From positions 269,151 to 333,150 of IMG/VR virus record IMGVR_UViG_3300000976_000009: DNA of 64,000 nt; one strand, written 5' to 3'. Positions 35,556 through 47,850 of the stretch are shown one piece after another (within the stretch, counting starts at the first letter, position 1; every line of letters starts with the position of its first letter). The notes under the pieces were generated by a model. The model did no database searches. It had not been told where the DNA came from and worked only from the letters and a program-made list of their open reading frames with translations. This DNA is from a virus. The position numbers and the translations under genes are program-made.

Positions 35556-35605
35556 TGCCCCTAGTGTAGTTTTGGTTAGCTGCGATACTAGGGGCATTTC
35601 TTTTT
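35556..35605 (+). terminator. Intrinsic terminator closing ncRNA cassette
   Basis: TGCCCCTAGT/ACTAGGGGCA stem followed by TTTCTTTTT. Confidence 0.75.
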
Positions 35606-36167
35606 ACAAATAAATTTGGATTATATTAAATATTATAGTATATTTGTTCTATGACAAAGAAAGCACAAGCAAGACTAGCCGAATTAAAGAAGCAAGAGCG
35701 AAGGTTATTCGATACGTACAAAACACGTAGGTCTAAAAAAGATAAAGCCGAGCACCTAGAAGAAATGGCTAAGTGCATACGTGAGCAAATGATTTATGAA
35801 AAATAAGTCTTAAATTATTTGGTTATTAACTTATATTGTATTATATTTGTTATGTCAAATTAAAACACTATGGATTACAGAGCAAAGAAATATTATCGTA
35901 AGCAATTCCAAATATGGAAAGCAAAAGTAAGAGCACATTTACCTACCTTAGCAATTAAGTTTTATGAAGCAAAACTAAATGGGGTAAAGATTGATGAACG
36001 AACAGAACGTCAATTAGGTAGAGTAATTAACGATATTAATAGCTACGAATACTCATTAGGTATTGATAGTACTAGTGAAATTGGCTTACGTGTTTTGTTA
36101 GAAATTGATGTAACAGAATTATTTGAATTTGTAAATAAAAAACTCCCAACCTTAAATACCATATAGT

Positions 36168-36347
36168 ATGAGCCATATTAATGAAGATTGTGAGAATATA
36201 GGGATATACGGAAAGAACAAGGACGGAACCCAAAGAGAATGTGGTGATATGTTTGACTGCTGTGATTGTGGCAACACAGAAGACGGTTGTGGTTGTTCAT
36301 ATTGTTTTAGTTGCAATGCTTGTGAGACGTGTACTGATGTTGATTAA
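36168..36347 (+). CDS. 59-aa Cys-rich peptide (11 Cys)
   Basis: Manual translation MSHINEDC...FDCCDCGNTEDGCGCSYCFSCNACETCTDVD; starts right after the previous stop. Confidence 0.7.
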   Translation: MSHINEDCENIGIYGKNKDGTQRECGDMFDCCDCGNTEDGCGCSYCFSCNACETCTDVD

Positions 36348-37978
36348 GTACACATTTGCATAGGTGCGTAAAAGAAATATAGTATAATATTTGGTAAATT
36401 CAATTATTATGTTTATATTTGTATTGTCAAATTAAAACAATAGAAACTATGGCTAAGAAAACATACAAAGAAATTAAACACGTACAATTCTATAAAGATA
36501 AGTCGTGCAAAATAATTAACGGTGGTGCAGTACACGACCTTAGAGTATTCCCAAAATTTAAAGCACAAGTGATTAATGCTTACGGTGGTGTGTTCGGAAT
36601 GGCTCACAAGAGCAATAAGAATGTCGTTAGTAAGGTTGTAACGTGTCACGTTAACGGTAGAAGTGAATACTATTACCAATTAGTTGTTGAGGGTGTTGTT
36701 GCTTATTTTAAATTACTTAACACAAACCTTTATGATTTCGATTCATTAAAAGAATGTATTGAGTATGATGAGGTAAAATTTGAAGAGTATGAAGGATAAA
36801 ACACCACCAATAAAAGACTGGACTAACGAAAGAGTTAATAAAATATTCGACTACCATTTAGATGATATGCACCCACTTGACCGATTAACAGCAAGTGACA
36901 AATATACTACGGTAGAACAAAAAAGAAATTTTTTAATTGAAGAAGAAAAAAAGTTTGTAGAAAGTTTCAAATAAATTTGGTAAAACCATAAATGTTTATT
37001 ATATTTGTAATGTCAAATTAATAATAACAAAAACAAAAAACTATGTTACAGATTCTAAAAAACTTAATTGCATTATTCGGAAACCTTTCTACAATTACTG
37101 GTTGTTCATTCGTGAGCATTGTTTACACTAATAAAGACGGTGAAGTACAAAAAACATTAATTAACGTTGGTGTCTCTTATGAAAATGCAAAACTAAAAGA
37201 TATTGAGTACTTAAAAGACTTAGATGTTAAGACGATTAAGTCTAGTCAAAATAAGTCTACGTTAGAGGCTGCTAGGGTCGCTCTGTTGGGTGCTTTAGTT
37301 TCTCCTAGTAAAAGTAGAAGCGAAGGACAAAAGAACGCCTATGAATACCTTAATAACGGTCTAAAGGTACACAAAGAAACTGGTGCTTTGTATGTGGTTG
37401 GAATGAAGGTTAAAAAACAAGTACTTGTTAAGGGTGATTACAAAGCCGATACAAGACGACCTTTAACTGTTGCAAAGGATGACATTAGAAAACTAATGAA
37501 GTCAACACAGTATAAAAATTATAATTTGTCAGAAATGGCAAAGGTAACGATTAAAGGAGATACATTATTCTTCTCCTAGTTACTAACAAATTAATGTTGA
37601 TAACTCAGTGCAAAATATGTGCTGAGTTATTTGCATAATCAATAAATATTTCGTATATTTGTATTAACAAATTAAAACAATAGAGATGAAAGTATTTGGA
37701 CCGAAAGGAATTGTAATTGGGTGTGGGTTGATTGTCGTTGCTGTCCTAATACTAGCATAGGGAGGGGTGGGTACACCCCCCTACGTACCCCTCCCCCCGT
37801 AAACCCTCTTATACCCCCCTCTGTGGTGGCCCTTTATATGGGCACATGATGTTACAAACAAATTTTTTCCAGAAATTTTCGGAATAAAAAGTAACCCACC
37901 CCTATTTCCAAAAAAAATTTTAGAAAAATTTCCCACCAATTTTTTGGTTAATTAAAAATTAATCTTTATATTTGCAAT

Positions 37979-40900
37979 ATGGAATTTATTAAGAACATTA
38001 GAAAACCTTTTATATTAAGTCCAGACTTCAATATCAAAAAGGAATTAAGAATCAAGACCCAACTGGATTTTGGTAAGGTAGTATTAATACTAGATGATTT
38101 ACATATGGGTGGTGGAACATTTAAAATAAAATCAATTGAAAATGGTGACCAATTAGTAGATGAAATCATTAATGGAATGATTAATGATTTAACTAAATCA
38201 TCTGAGAAAGCCAAAAAGATTGCTAGGAAAGTAATTAAAGCGTGGGAGAAAAACCCAGAGGCATTTATTAAACAGAAAAAATCTCATTCATCTGACATAT
38301 ATATTAATAAGGGTTTATTAAATGATAATGACTACCATCATCATGTGTGGGCTAATTTTGAAAATTTGTCATATATGTACCACGATTTAGGTTTTTCAAC
38401 TGGATGGGGTGGTGACACACATTATGCTAAATCGTATTATGAAGAAGGTATTCTTAATCTAGATAAATGGACAGCTAAACGTATTAAGGAAGTAAAAACT
38501 TCTAAAATTAAGAAGAGGATTACAAATTATCTTTATAAGATTCAAATCGAATTTAGTTTTAACCAAATACTAAAACATTTAAGTGTTGATAATAAAACTA
38601 AAATTGTTAAAAAGAGAATACCACCATTTCCAGTTCAATTAACTGGTCAGATTATGAATGCTTTATTATACGCATGGGATAGTGGTGAATTAGAATTTGA
38701 TGATGAGGGTATTGAGATATTCAATGAAGAATATGGGATTGACCTAACTCCTTTAAAGGACTGGGAGATTAATACTAGTCATGAGGGTGAACACCACAAT
38801 GATGGACAAATGTGTGACTACACTGTTGAGTTTCAATCTCCCGATGGGCATTCATATTATGCATATAACACACACTGTTTAATGACTGGATGGAATTTTA
38901 GTGACGGACCAATTAAATTATAATATATGGAAGGTAATAAAAGAGAAATCGGAGGTAGTACTTTATCTATATGGTATGGTAAGCTACTAGGTAAAATTGC
39001 AGCACGATACCAAAAGCGTTCTGATAAATTTATCACTAAGGGAACAAAGACACTTGTATCCAATGCGGCTTGTAAATTCGTTAACCCATTTACACTATTA
39101 TTTACCTTTACTGTTGATAACACTGAAAAGTTTCAATATATACATCAAGGTGATTTCAAAGACAAGTATAAAGCATGGAGAGAAAAGGTTGACACCTATA
39201 ATGAGAAGCGAGCAATATATGATGAGGCAATTATTGAGTATGAGGCATTAGAGGATAAAACCGAAACTGATGCACCAACTATGCCTACTGATGTAGGGGA
39301 TTCTCCAATCGGAATATCTGAAATGTACATGATAATATTACCAAAGCAAAAATCTTGGTTCAAAAAAGTATAGTATGAAAAATACAATAAAAGAAGACTT
39401 ATCTATGCCATTAGATAAAATAAATAGAAATTGGATTCGAAGACCAGCATTAATTTGTATAACACCATTCATTATATTATTTGGTATGTTTGAAGGTATC
39501 ACTAATTTAGTGGGTAGTATGTATCGTGATTGTTGGACTGTAAATAAATAAAGATGAAAAAATTAATTTTAATAAGTTTAGCCTTAATAGGGTTATCAAG
39601 TTGTGATGTGGAACATGTTAGAGATACTGATGTCTATTACTATGATTTAGATTGTAAGTTAGTAGAAAAGAGTAAATGTGGTGAATCTAAAACAATGTTA
39701 ATCCGTATCGAGGATAAGGATTTTATGTATCGTGAATTAACTAATAATGATTTAGTTAATGATGAGATGTATTACTCTTATGATGTTGGGGATATTATGC
39801 GATTTAAGTATCTTAGGAAGGATGCTTTCTTTGGTGTTGACCCAGAAGAAGATGAATTTAAAGAAAGGTTTTAAATCATGAAAGATGGGACGACATATAG
39901 TGGTAGAAGTGATTACCGAAGATATATGAGTTATGATTATGTTGACATCATGCATTCATGTGACCATTGTGGTGCTGTAACAAAGTATCGTGAGGAACCT
40001 AAAGAAATGAAATGTGGTGACCCAGATTGTGTGAGTAATAATCATAGGGGAGCTATGGGTACATTAGTAGTCAGCAATAATAATCGTAAATACCTTTTAA
40101 TCGGATAATATATGTACAAAAGACACGAAATTAGAGATGGCTATAAATTAGCTAGGTATGACTTAAAAAGGTTTGTTTCTAATAAAGATATTAATCAATT
40201 ACAATTATTAATTGATAGGGGTTTTGTAACACCAAATCAAATTGAAAAATTGTGGTATAAAATACATGGTAAATACGCTGTTTTTCATAAAAAACGAAGA
40301 TTAATAATTCCAATTCCAATTAATCCTTGTGGTGAGATTCCATTAGAGGAACCAGAAAAATGTATATTTCCGCACCCAATCGCAAGGATTAACAAATATT
40401 ACTTATTAATAGGGTAGTATGGATAGGAATAAATGTAAGGAATGTCCGTGGGTTGTTAAGTCTCGGAACAATACAAGTATAATAACCCACGCAAAGAAAC
40501 ATAATAAGATACATGGTTGTCATATGATTGATGACCAAACCCGTGGTCCGCTATGGGAACCAAATAAAGGATGCGAGTGCATCGGAGCAAAAGAAAACAT
40601 TAAAAAAGATGGAGACACATTTTAACACGGAGAATATTGATTACATTAAATTCTATCCTAGACATAAGAGTGATTATCGTTGGTATCCACCTATACCTAA
40701 AAAGACCTTCTTTTTTGGCTTATTAACTGATTATCCAGCGTTAGAGGGTGGATGGGCAAGTGATGAACGTGATAGACGGGTGAAACCCGAATATTTGGTT
40801 CAAAATAATCAAATATACATCCACCCAGAGGGTGATAATTCATTTGAACCTTATCATCCATCTGGTCGCTGGGAAAAGAAAGCTTATGTTTACATTAGGA

Positions 40901-43900
40901 CCAAACAAACAGACCACGGCAGATATTTTGAAACGGATGATGAAGCGGAAGCTTGGATAAAGGAGTTAGAGAAGATGTCTGGGGCGGAGTTTGCAGTGAT
41001 AGTTAAAAAAAATTAGAATGGAAAACAAATTAGTTACATTATTTAAACAATGTTGTGATAACTCAGATTTCAAAAAAACACATAATGAAAATTATATGAG
41101 TTATAATAAGGATTCACATTGTAAGCTGGAGGACCAACCATTAGTATTATCTGATAAAGTCAAAGATATGTTATCATCTTGTGGATATGAGGTTAAAGAA
41201 GTTGGTGAAACTTACAATAATAAACGATATGGTCGTTTATTTGAATTTGATGGTGAACCACCTATGAAATTAATTAAAGCATCAGTTAGATTAACATTAT
41301 TAATGCATGGGAATCACATTTCATTAGGTCCAGTAGAACAAGATACTTGGATTGAGAAAGATGAATATCGAAAGAAGCGATTTTGGTCTCAAAAATATGA
41401 GTATATGACTCGTGATATACCACATATTTTCCACAAACGTATGGTGACTGTTAATAGTGACATATTATTAGCTAATCAATTACAGTGGAAAGCTAATCAG
41501 AATGAGAAATCATTCGATTTTTGCCCTAGGTTTGCTCATAGGTACGAGGAAGACTCTTGTTATATCGTTACTAGTAATTTCAATGCTAAAAAAGCTAGTA
41601 ATTATTGGTTTAACAAACAAAAAACTATGATGCTTGATTCATCACATAATAAATCTAATTTACATAATAATGATAATGTTATGTCTGGGTTACAACATGA
41701 CCATATGGAAATTAATGGTGCTATTTTACGTTTTGGTGATGTTTGGTTATGGTTAGATTGGGAAGAGTATCAAGAATTGGATAACTACTATAAAGAATCT
41801 ATTAAAAAGACTCACGAAATTATTCTTGAACAACGGCTTAAAGAAACTAAGACAAATGGATAAGATAATCACTGAACAAATAAAAGACCATATATTGGTT
41901 CTTTATGATTATACTAGAGAAGAGGTTGAAAATATGACTTTATGGCATCAAATGTCTTTAATTAATATGCGTGATATTGACAAGTGGGAGGAATTTAAAA
42001 TCGGGTTACGAAATACTGGTTTCATAATATGAATAATGTGAATACATGATTGGATTTTTGTGATTAAAAAAGAGAGTTTATTGTACTCTCTTTTTTAATC
42101 ACAATTAATATTAGCTTGGCTTCACATTATTTTAGTTATTAATATATTATTTTAAATAATTTCCCTTATAAAAATTTGGTGCGTTAGATAAAAATTAGTA
42201 TATTTGTAAAAAAACACATTATGGGTATTTTCGGAAACTTATTCAACAGAGGCAATAAATCAAAAGGTCCGTTGGGACCAAAGTTTGATATTGGTGATAA
42301 AGTTAAGTGTATTGATGACCGAGAACATGATATAGTATTTGGTAAAGTATATCGAGTATTAAATCGGGTTCAGACAAGTTGTTGTGGCGATTGGTGTTAT
42401 GATGTGGGATTGACCATCGGTTCAAATGAACACACAATTTGTAATTGTAGTGGACCTACTGACATACAAGGTAGGGGGATTCGTTGGGCTGGTGAATTTA
42501 GGTTTGCACCTAATGATGGTGTTGCCGAAGAGGAAGAAACAAATGAAGAAGTTAATGATGGTGGGGATTCTTTAGTGAAAGAAGCTAAAGAAATATTGGA
42601 GAAGGAGTATTCCTTAAATTAATAAACGTGGATAGGATTAAGGAATCGGGGTTTTAAAAAAGGGCTCTAATGAGCTAGAATCGGGGTTTTTTATGCAATA
42701 CCGCCCTAAACTGACCCTTCATCCCCCAGCCCCCTTCTTCCCTAATAAAATTTTAGATGAATAAAAAAAAGATATTAGATAATTTAAGTTCTATTGGTAA
42801 GATTAATGAAATCATTAGTCCCCAATCAGCTGATGTTATTATCACGATGTTTTATATGAACATGTTAGTTGGTGCTGGTTTTATTGAAATGGATAAAAAT
42901 AAATTGACAGTCAAAGGTTTTGATACATCAATGGACTTAATTGAGGCTGGATGGAAAGTTACTAAAGAAGAAGTATTACTATCGATTAAAAGTCTAATGA
43001 AAGATGGTGAAGATGATGACATCATTTCCGATTTAATAATTGAATGTCAAGAGATTGGATTAGATGGCATAAATGAAAAATTAAAAGCAAACAAATAAAA
43101 GTAAAAATGAAAGTAGAAAATCAAGGAGTATCAGAAGACGTACAAGCAAAAGTAGAAGCTTACGTATATGCTAATTACCCAAGTTTAAAGGGTAAAACAT
43201 TAATCATCAAAGAAAATGAGTCTTCATTTTTAGTTTATAAGCATGCAGATGGTGGACCAATGTTTCTAGGTAAAGGAATCTTAGGGTAATGAATAGGGTT
43301 GAGAAAGAAATTGTAACAGCATCATTAGAGAATATGTTTGCTGGTTCTGAAAGAAAGGAAAAGGAGAGTGTTGAGGATTATGCTCTTCGAATGGAAACAT
43401 CAGTTAAAAATGGGTGTCATACAATTATGAAATTACTAGAGACCCATCTAAATAATAAAGATGTTATTGGTAAAACAATTCTATGGTTAGAAAAACACCC
43501 CATGTTATATGAGGATTATGAAATTAGTGAAATAATCACTGAAATGACTAAACATAATTTTACTGGGAATTAATCATGGGATTCTATAGTAAACGCTCTA
43601 AATTATCTAATTGGAAAGTTAAAGAAATTATCCAAAAAGATGGGCATATGTATTATACTATTTGGTTTAAATCTATCTTTGGTTTCTGGCGTAGTTTAAG
43701 GAAATCATCTGAATATCCCGATGAATGGTCAAAGCGTTGCACATTCCAATCAAAGGAAGAAGCGAAGAAAAGAGTTAAGAAGGAAATCATGCAGAATGTT
43801 GCGATGGATAGAACAAAGATTCAAGAAATTAAAGAAATTAAATTTGACTAATATGGATAAGTTTAGATTACCTAGAAAAACTAAGAAGCAATATCGTAAA

Positions 43901-44388
43901 GATAATAAATTCTTTAGTATTAATTATGACCAATGTAATTACAATTGGTTTTATGATAAGCAGAAAGTTTGCATATTGGCAATGCGAGTGATACTAATGT
44001 ACCCAAAGATTGCTACTAAGGAACAAATGCTTAATTGGTATCTTGAAAATTACCCAAATGACAAACGTGCTCACCAAATTTGTAGGGAGTTAAAATAAAC
44101 ATGAAATTAAGTGATTTTTTAGAAACCTTTTTAAGTTTAAATCAAGATGATTTAAATGGACCATTTAGGGTAAAATTTTATAGTGAACCATCTTTCTTTA
44201 GGTTTGAAATTTTTAATATGGATATTGGTGTATTTACTAAAGAAAGTTCAGTTTATAAGTCTAAAATTTATTTTTGGTGGATTGAATCTGAATTAGATGA
44301 AGAAAGACAAGAAATTATTGATGATGTATATTCAGCAATTAATTTATGTAAAGGGATGAAAGTCTTTAAAGAAGAAATATTAAAATAA
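37979..44388 (+). other. Array of hypothetical phage ORFs (region 3)
   Basis: Contiguous + strand ORFs in the track with no recognisable family. Confidence 0.8.
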
Positions 44389-44450
44389 TATCCTTTTTAT
44401 TTGGTCTATTGATATATTTCTATTATATTTGTAAAACAAAACCAATCGAT

Positions 44451-45011
44451 ATGAGGCTATTACTATTATTTTTATTAATTACAACAACTACATTTGCTCA
44501 AGATACTTTATTATTTGAGTATGTTAATAAATATAGGGTGGCTAATGGTGTTAAGAGTTTAAAATTTGATTCACACTTACATAATATTTCTAAGTTGAAC
44601 ACTTATAATATGGGGCTTAATGATAGTTTGATGCATTCTGGGACTGATACTTACGAATGTGCCACAAGACAGTTTTCATTAGCACCAACTCAAGCAGATT
44701 TAAATTCATTTAATAAATTTTTAAAGGATTATTATAACGATTCTTATTCAGAGCCAATTGGTGGGACTGATAATCCAATTATTATTGATTACATTTTATT
44801 ATATGTTATTTATTCATGGCATTCGTCACCAGCGCACAGAGATGTGATGTTGTCAAATGATGTTTCTATTGGGTCTTGTAATATTAGTTTAGGTCCAATA
44901 ACTTACAAAGCGAATTACAAAACAATTGGGGGGCAAAAAGTGTTCTTCAAAAAATTTATTGCACACTTCAAGATTGATGCTGTTGCAACATTAAATTTAA
45001 ACATAGATTAA
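44451..45011 (+). CDS. Secreted CAP/SCP-domain protein
   Basis: Signal peptide; VNKYRVANG...L..D..L, HS, WHSSPAHRDVML motifs. Confidence 0.8.
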   Translation: MRLLLLFLLITTTTFAQDTLLFEYVNKYRVANGVKSLKFDSHLHNISKLNTYNMGLNDSLMHSGTDTYECATRQFSLAPTQADLNSFNKFLKDYYNDSYSEPIGGTDNPIIIDYILLYVIYSWHSSPAHRDVMLSNDVSIGSCNISLGPITYKANYKTIGGQKVFFKKFIAHFKIDAVATLNLNID

Positions 45012-45012
45012 T

Positions 45013-45756
45013 ATGGTTGGTATAATATTTTTATTTTTAGGGTTATTAGCCTTACAAATTGTATTGGGGTTTGATAATTTATTAGCAATTGCTATTGAAT
45101 CTAATAGGGCACCAGAAGCTTCTCAGAAGTCTGTAAGGAAAAAAGGTATACTGATTGCCATTGTTATGAGAATTGGTCTACTAGTAGGGTTATTATGGCT
45201 TATGGAGACAGTTAATGTAACTTTCGGTAGTGTGCATTCTCATTTAATTACTGCTAAATTTAATTTTGAGAATTGTTTCATGATGTTTGGTGGCTTGTTT
45301 GTCATATGGATGGCAATTAAGGGTATTGTCCATATGTTAAAAATTAATGATGAAAAACCAAAACCAAAGGCATCCCCAACTAAAGTTATTTTAAGTATTG
45401 TTTGGATGAATTTAATTTTTTCATTTGATTCAATACTTTCAGCTATGGCAATGACTAAAAACGTATGGTTATTAGCTTCTGCAATAGTCGTTGGTGGTTT
45501 AATAATGTTGTATTTTGCTGATAAGGTTGCAACATTTATTAAGAAGAACCGTGAATATGAGGTTATGGGACTAATGATATTACTTATAGTAGGTGGTATG
45601 ATGTTCTCCGAGGGTGCCCATTTAGCAGAAATGTATCTATTTGGTTATGAGATGACTGCTATGAGTGGTGGTATGTTCTATACATTATTGATAATATTGG
45701 TAATTACTGAGATAATACAGACTATTTTTAAGAAAAAGAACATTAAAAAAGGTTGA
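45013..45756 (+). CDS. terC: TerC-family membrane protein
   Basis: LQIVLGFDNL, MRIGLL, NLIFSFDSILSA motifs with multiple TM helices. Confidence 0.9.
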   Translation: MVGIIFLFLGLLALQIVLGFDNLLAIAIESNRAPEASQKSVRKKGILIAIVMRIGLLVGLLWLMETVNVTFGSVHSHLITAKFNFENCFMMFGGLFVIWMAIKGIVHMLKINDEKPKPKASPTKVILSIVWMNLIFSFDSILSAMAMTKNVWLLASAIVVGGLIMLYFADKVATFIKKNREYEVMGLMILLIVGGMMFSEGAHLAEMYLFGYEMTAMSGGMFYTLLIILVITEIIQTIFKKKNIKKG

Positions 45757-46382
45757 AAAATGTTTGTTAGTTTACTAATAACACAAATATGACAAAATAT
45801 AAATTTATATTTAAACTAGAGATAATTACTGCATTAGCTTTGATTCAAAAAGAAGTATATTGTGATTATTATGGTATTGACGATGGAACTTATATTTTTA
45901 AATGTAAGGATGACGAATATTGTGATGGTATAATTGGTAGATATCCAATGAATAACACAATTATTCATTCTATTGATATAAACCCAGATTATATTGGACC
46001 ACCAGTAGAAGTTAACCAATATTATGGTTATGATGAAAACCCATTTTAATAATGAATTATAAAAGAATATATAAAATACTATTATTAGGTGGAATGGCAC
46101 CTATACCAATGGAAATATGTGCTGATAGTCATAAGATACTTGATGGTGGTGTTTATTGTTTTAGACTTGAAGGAGATAATATTGCTTATTATCCAATTAT
46201 TAGTATTATCATTCAAGAAATTATTCCTAACCCAGATTATGTGGCACCATTAGAACCAGTTGCACCAGAACCAAATGACGATTTCCATGCTTTAAGAAGA
46301 TTAATTCGGGGTGATATATAAATCCATAAAAATTAGGAATAACTAAAAAAAATATTTATATTTGTAAAAAATAAAAAAAGAA

Positions 46383-47276
46383 ATGTTTAGAAGCTTAAAA
46401 TTATTCAGTTTATTCAATGTTGACATTAAAGTCCATTGGTCTTGGTTACTGTTATTCATATTATTTATTGATTTTGCTGACCCAATTAATGAGATATTAA
46501 TTAGTACCTTAACTGTAGTAATGATTTTTACCATTGTGTTAATTCATGAATTTGGACATATATTTGCTGGTAGGAAATATGGGTTAAACACATCTAAAGT
46601 TATTTTAAGTTTCTTAGGTGGTGCCGCAATTATGGATGAGGGTTTAGATAAATTAGAACCTAAAAAAGCACTATGGGTGGCATTTGCTGGTCCCTTAACT
46701 AATTTAATTATGTTTTTTGCATTATTACCATTTGTTAATATAGTTTTTAGTGGTGAAACAATTGATGTTGAGGCAGTAAATTCATGGCAATTGTTTTATT
46801 TATTGGGTCTTGTGATGAATGCGATAATGTTTATATTTAATTTATTACCGATATTCCCAATGGATGGTGGTAGGTTACTTAGAAGTACATTAGAACTTTT
46901 TAATGTTAAACGTTCATTTGAAATCTCAATTAGAGTTACACAAGTATTTTGTATTATAATATTTGGATTAGGAATTTATTTAGGTAGTTTCACTATGCCA
47001 TTAATAGGTGTTTTATTTTTTGTCACTTCAATTTTTGAAATGAATAAGAAAAAGGAAGATGATGAATTTGAAAAAACCAAAGTTGAAACAACTAATGATA
47101 TTAAAAGGAAGATTGATTGGGAGTTTAACTCTAAGAATATGAGTAGGGTTGAAAAATTAGTTTTCTTAAGTACTTTAGAAATAAAGTCATATGAAACAAA
47201 CAGTGTTCGTGTTATTAACCATATAAAAGAAATTTGTGATGAATACAGAGAAAATATTGAAAGAACTGGGGATTAA
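46383..47276 (+). CDS. Site-2 protease (M50 family)
   Basis: HEFGH, AGPLTN, FNLLPIFPMDGGR. Confidence 0.93.
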   Translation: MFRSLKLFSLFNVDIKVHWSWLLLFILFIDFADPINEILISTLTVVMIFTIVLIHEFGHIFAGRKYGLNTSKVILSFLGGAAIMDEGLDKLEPKKALWVAFAGPLTNLIMFFALLPFVNIVFSGETIDVEAVNSWQLFYLLGLVMNAIMFIFNLLPIFPMDGGRLLRSTLELFNVKRSFEISIRVTQVFCIIIFGLGIYLGSFTMPLIGVLFFVTSIFEMNKKKEDDEFEKTKVETTNDIKRKIDWEFNSKNMSRVEKLVFLSTLEIKSYETNSVRVINHIKEICDEYRENIERTGD

Positions 47277-47850
47277 TGGTGAAGTATTAGCCATATTTCC
47301 TTATGGTAGTCAAGTTTATGGGACTGCTGACTCAAAATCTGATAATGATTTTATAATCGTTATGAAAAGCGGTATGCTTGGTGATGGGTCATTTAGACTT
47401 AGTTCACCATTAACTAGTGAGGATGGTATGATTCAAGGGGTTGTGTACTCAAGAGGTGGTTTTATTAATGCTATTAATGATTATGATATTGCCGCTTTAG
47501 AGTGTTTATCTTTAGATAAAGAAGATGTACTTAAATTAGATTGGAATTTTAAGGTTGTTAACTGGAATAATAAGGTTATGGTTAAGAAGTTAATTTCAAA
47601 AGCATCTGCTAGTCGTCATGTTGCTGACCAACAAGCTAAATCTGGTTTTGGTAATAGAGCTAAAAAAGGTATGTTTCACGCATTGAGAATTCTAAATTTT
47701 GGGTTGCAATTAAAGGAACATGGGAAAATTGTTGATTTTTCACAATGTAATGAAATGTACTTTAAATTCAAAAGTATAGAGCCAGATGAATTTGATACTA
47801 GGGATTATTATAAAGAGTTTGATGAATTATTAGTAAAACTTAGAGCGTAA
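47236..47850 (+). CDS. Pol-beta-superfamily nucleotidyltransferase
   Basis: YGSQVYGT...SDNDF (GS-x-DxD); helical C-terminus with HALR. Confidence 0.8.
   Translation: MMNTEKILKELGINGEVLAIFPYGSQVYGTADSKSDNDFIIVMKSGMLGDGSFRLSSPLTSEDGMIQGVVYSRGGFINAINDYDIAALECLSLDKEDVLKLDWNFKVVNWNNKVMVKKLISKASASRHVADQQAKSGFGNRAKKGMFHALRILNFGLQLKEHGKIVDFSQCNEMYFKFKSIEPDEFDTRDYYKEFDELLVKLRA

Larger units (their letters stand above)
29809..37579 (+). other. Array of small ORFs, most with their own promoter and GTCAAATTAA leader (putative immediate-early module)
   Basis: 15 copies of GTCAAATTAA between 28399 and 37021, nearly all about 4-6 nt after TAnnTTT(G/A). Confidence 0.8.

Noticed and set aside
42643-42742. 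GAATCGGGGTTTT twice plus a C-rich tract
   Set aside because: Only two short copies; no supportable function.
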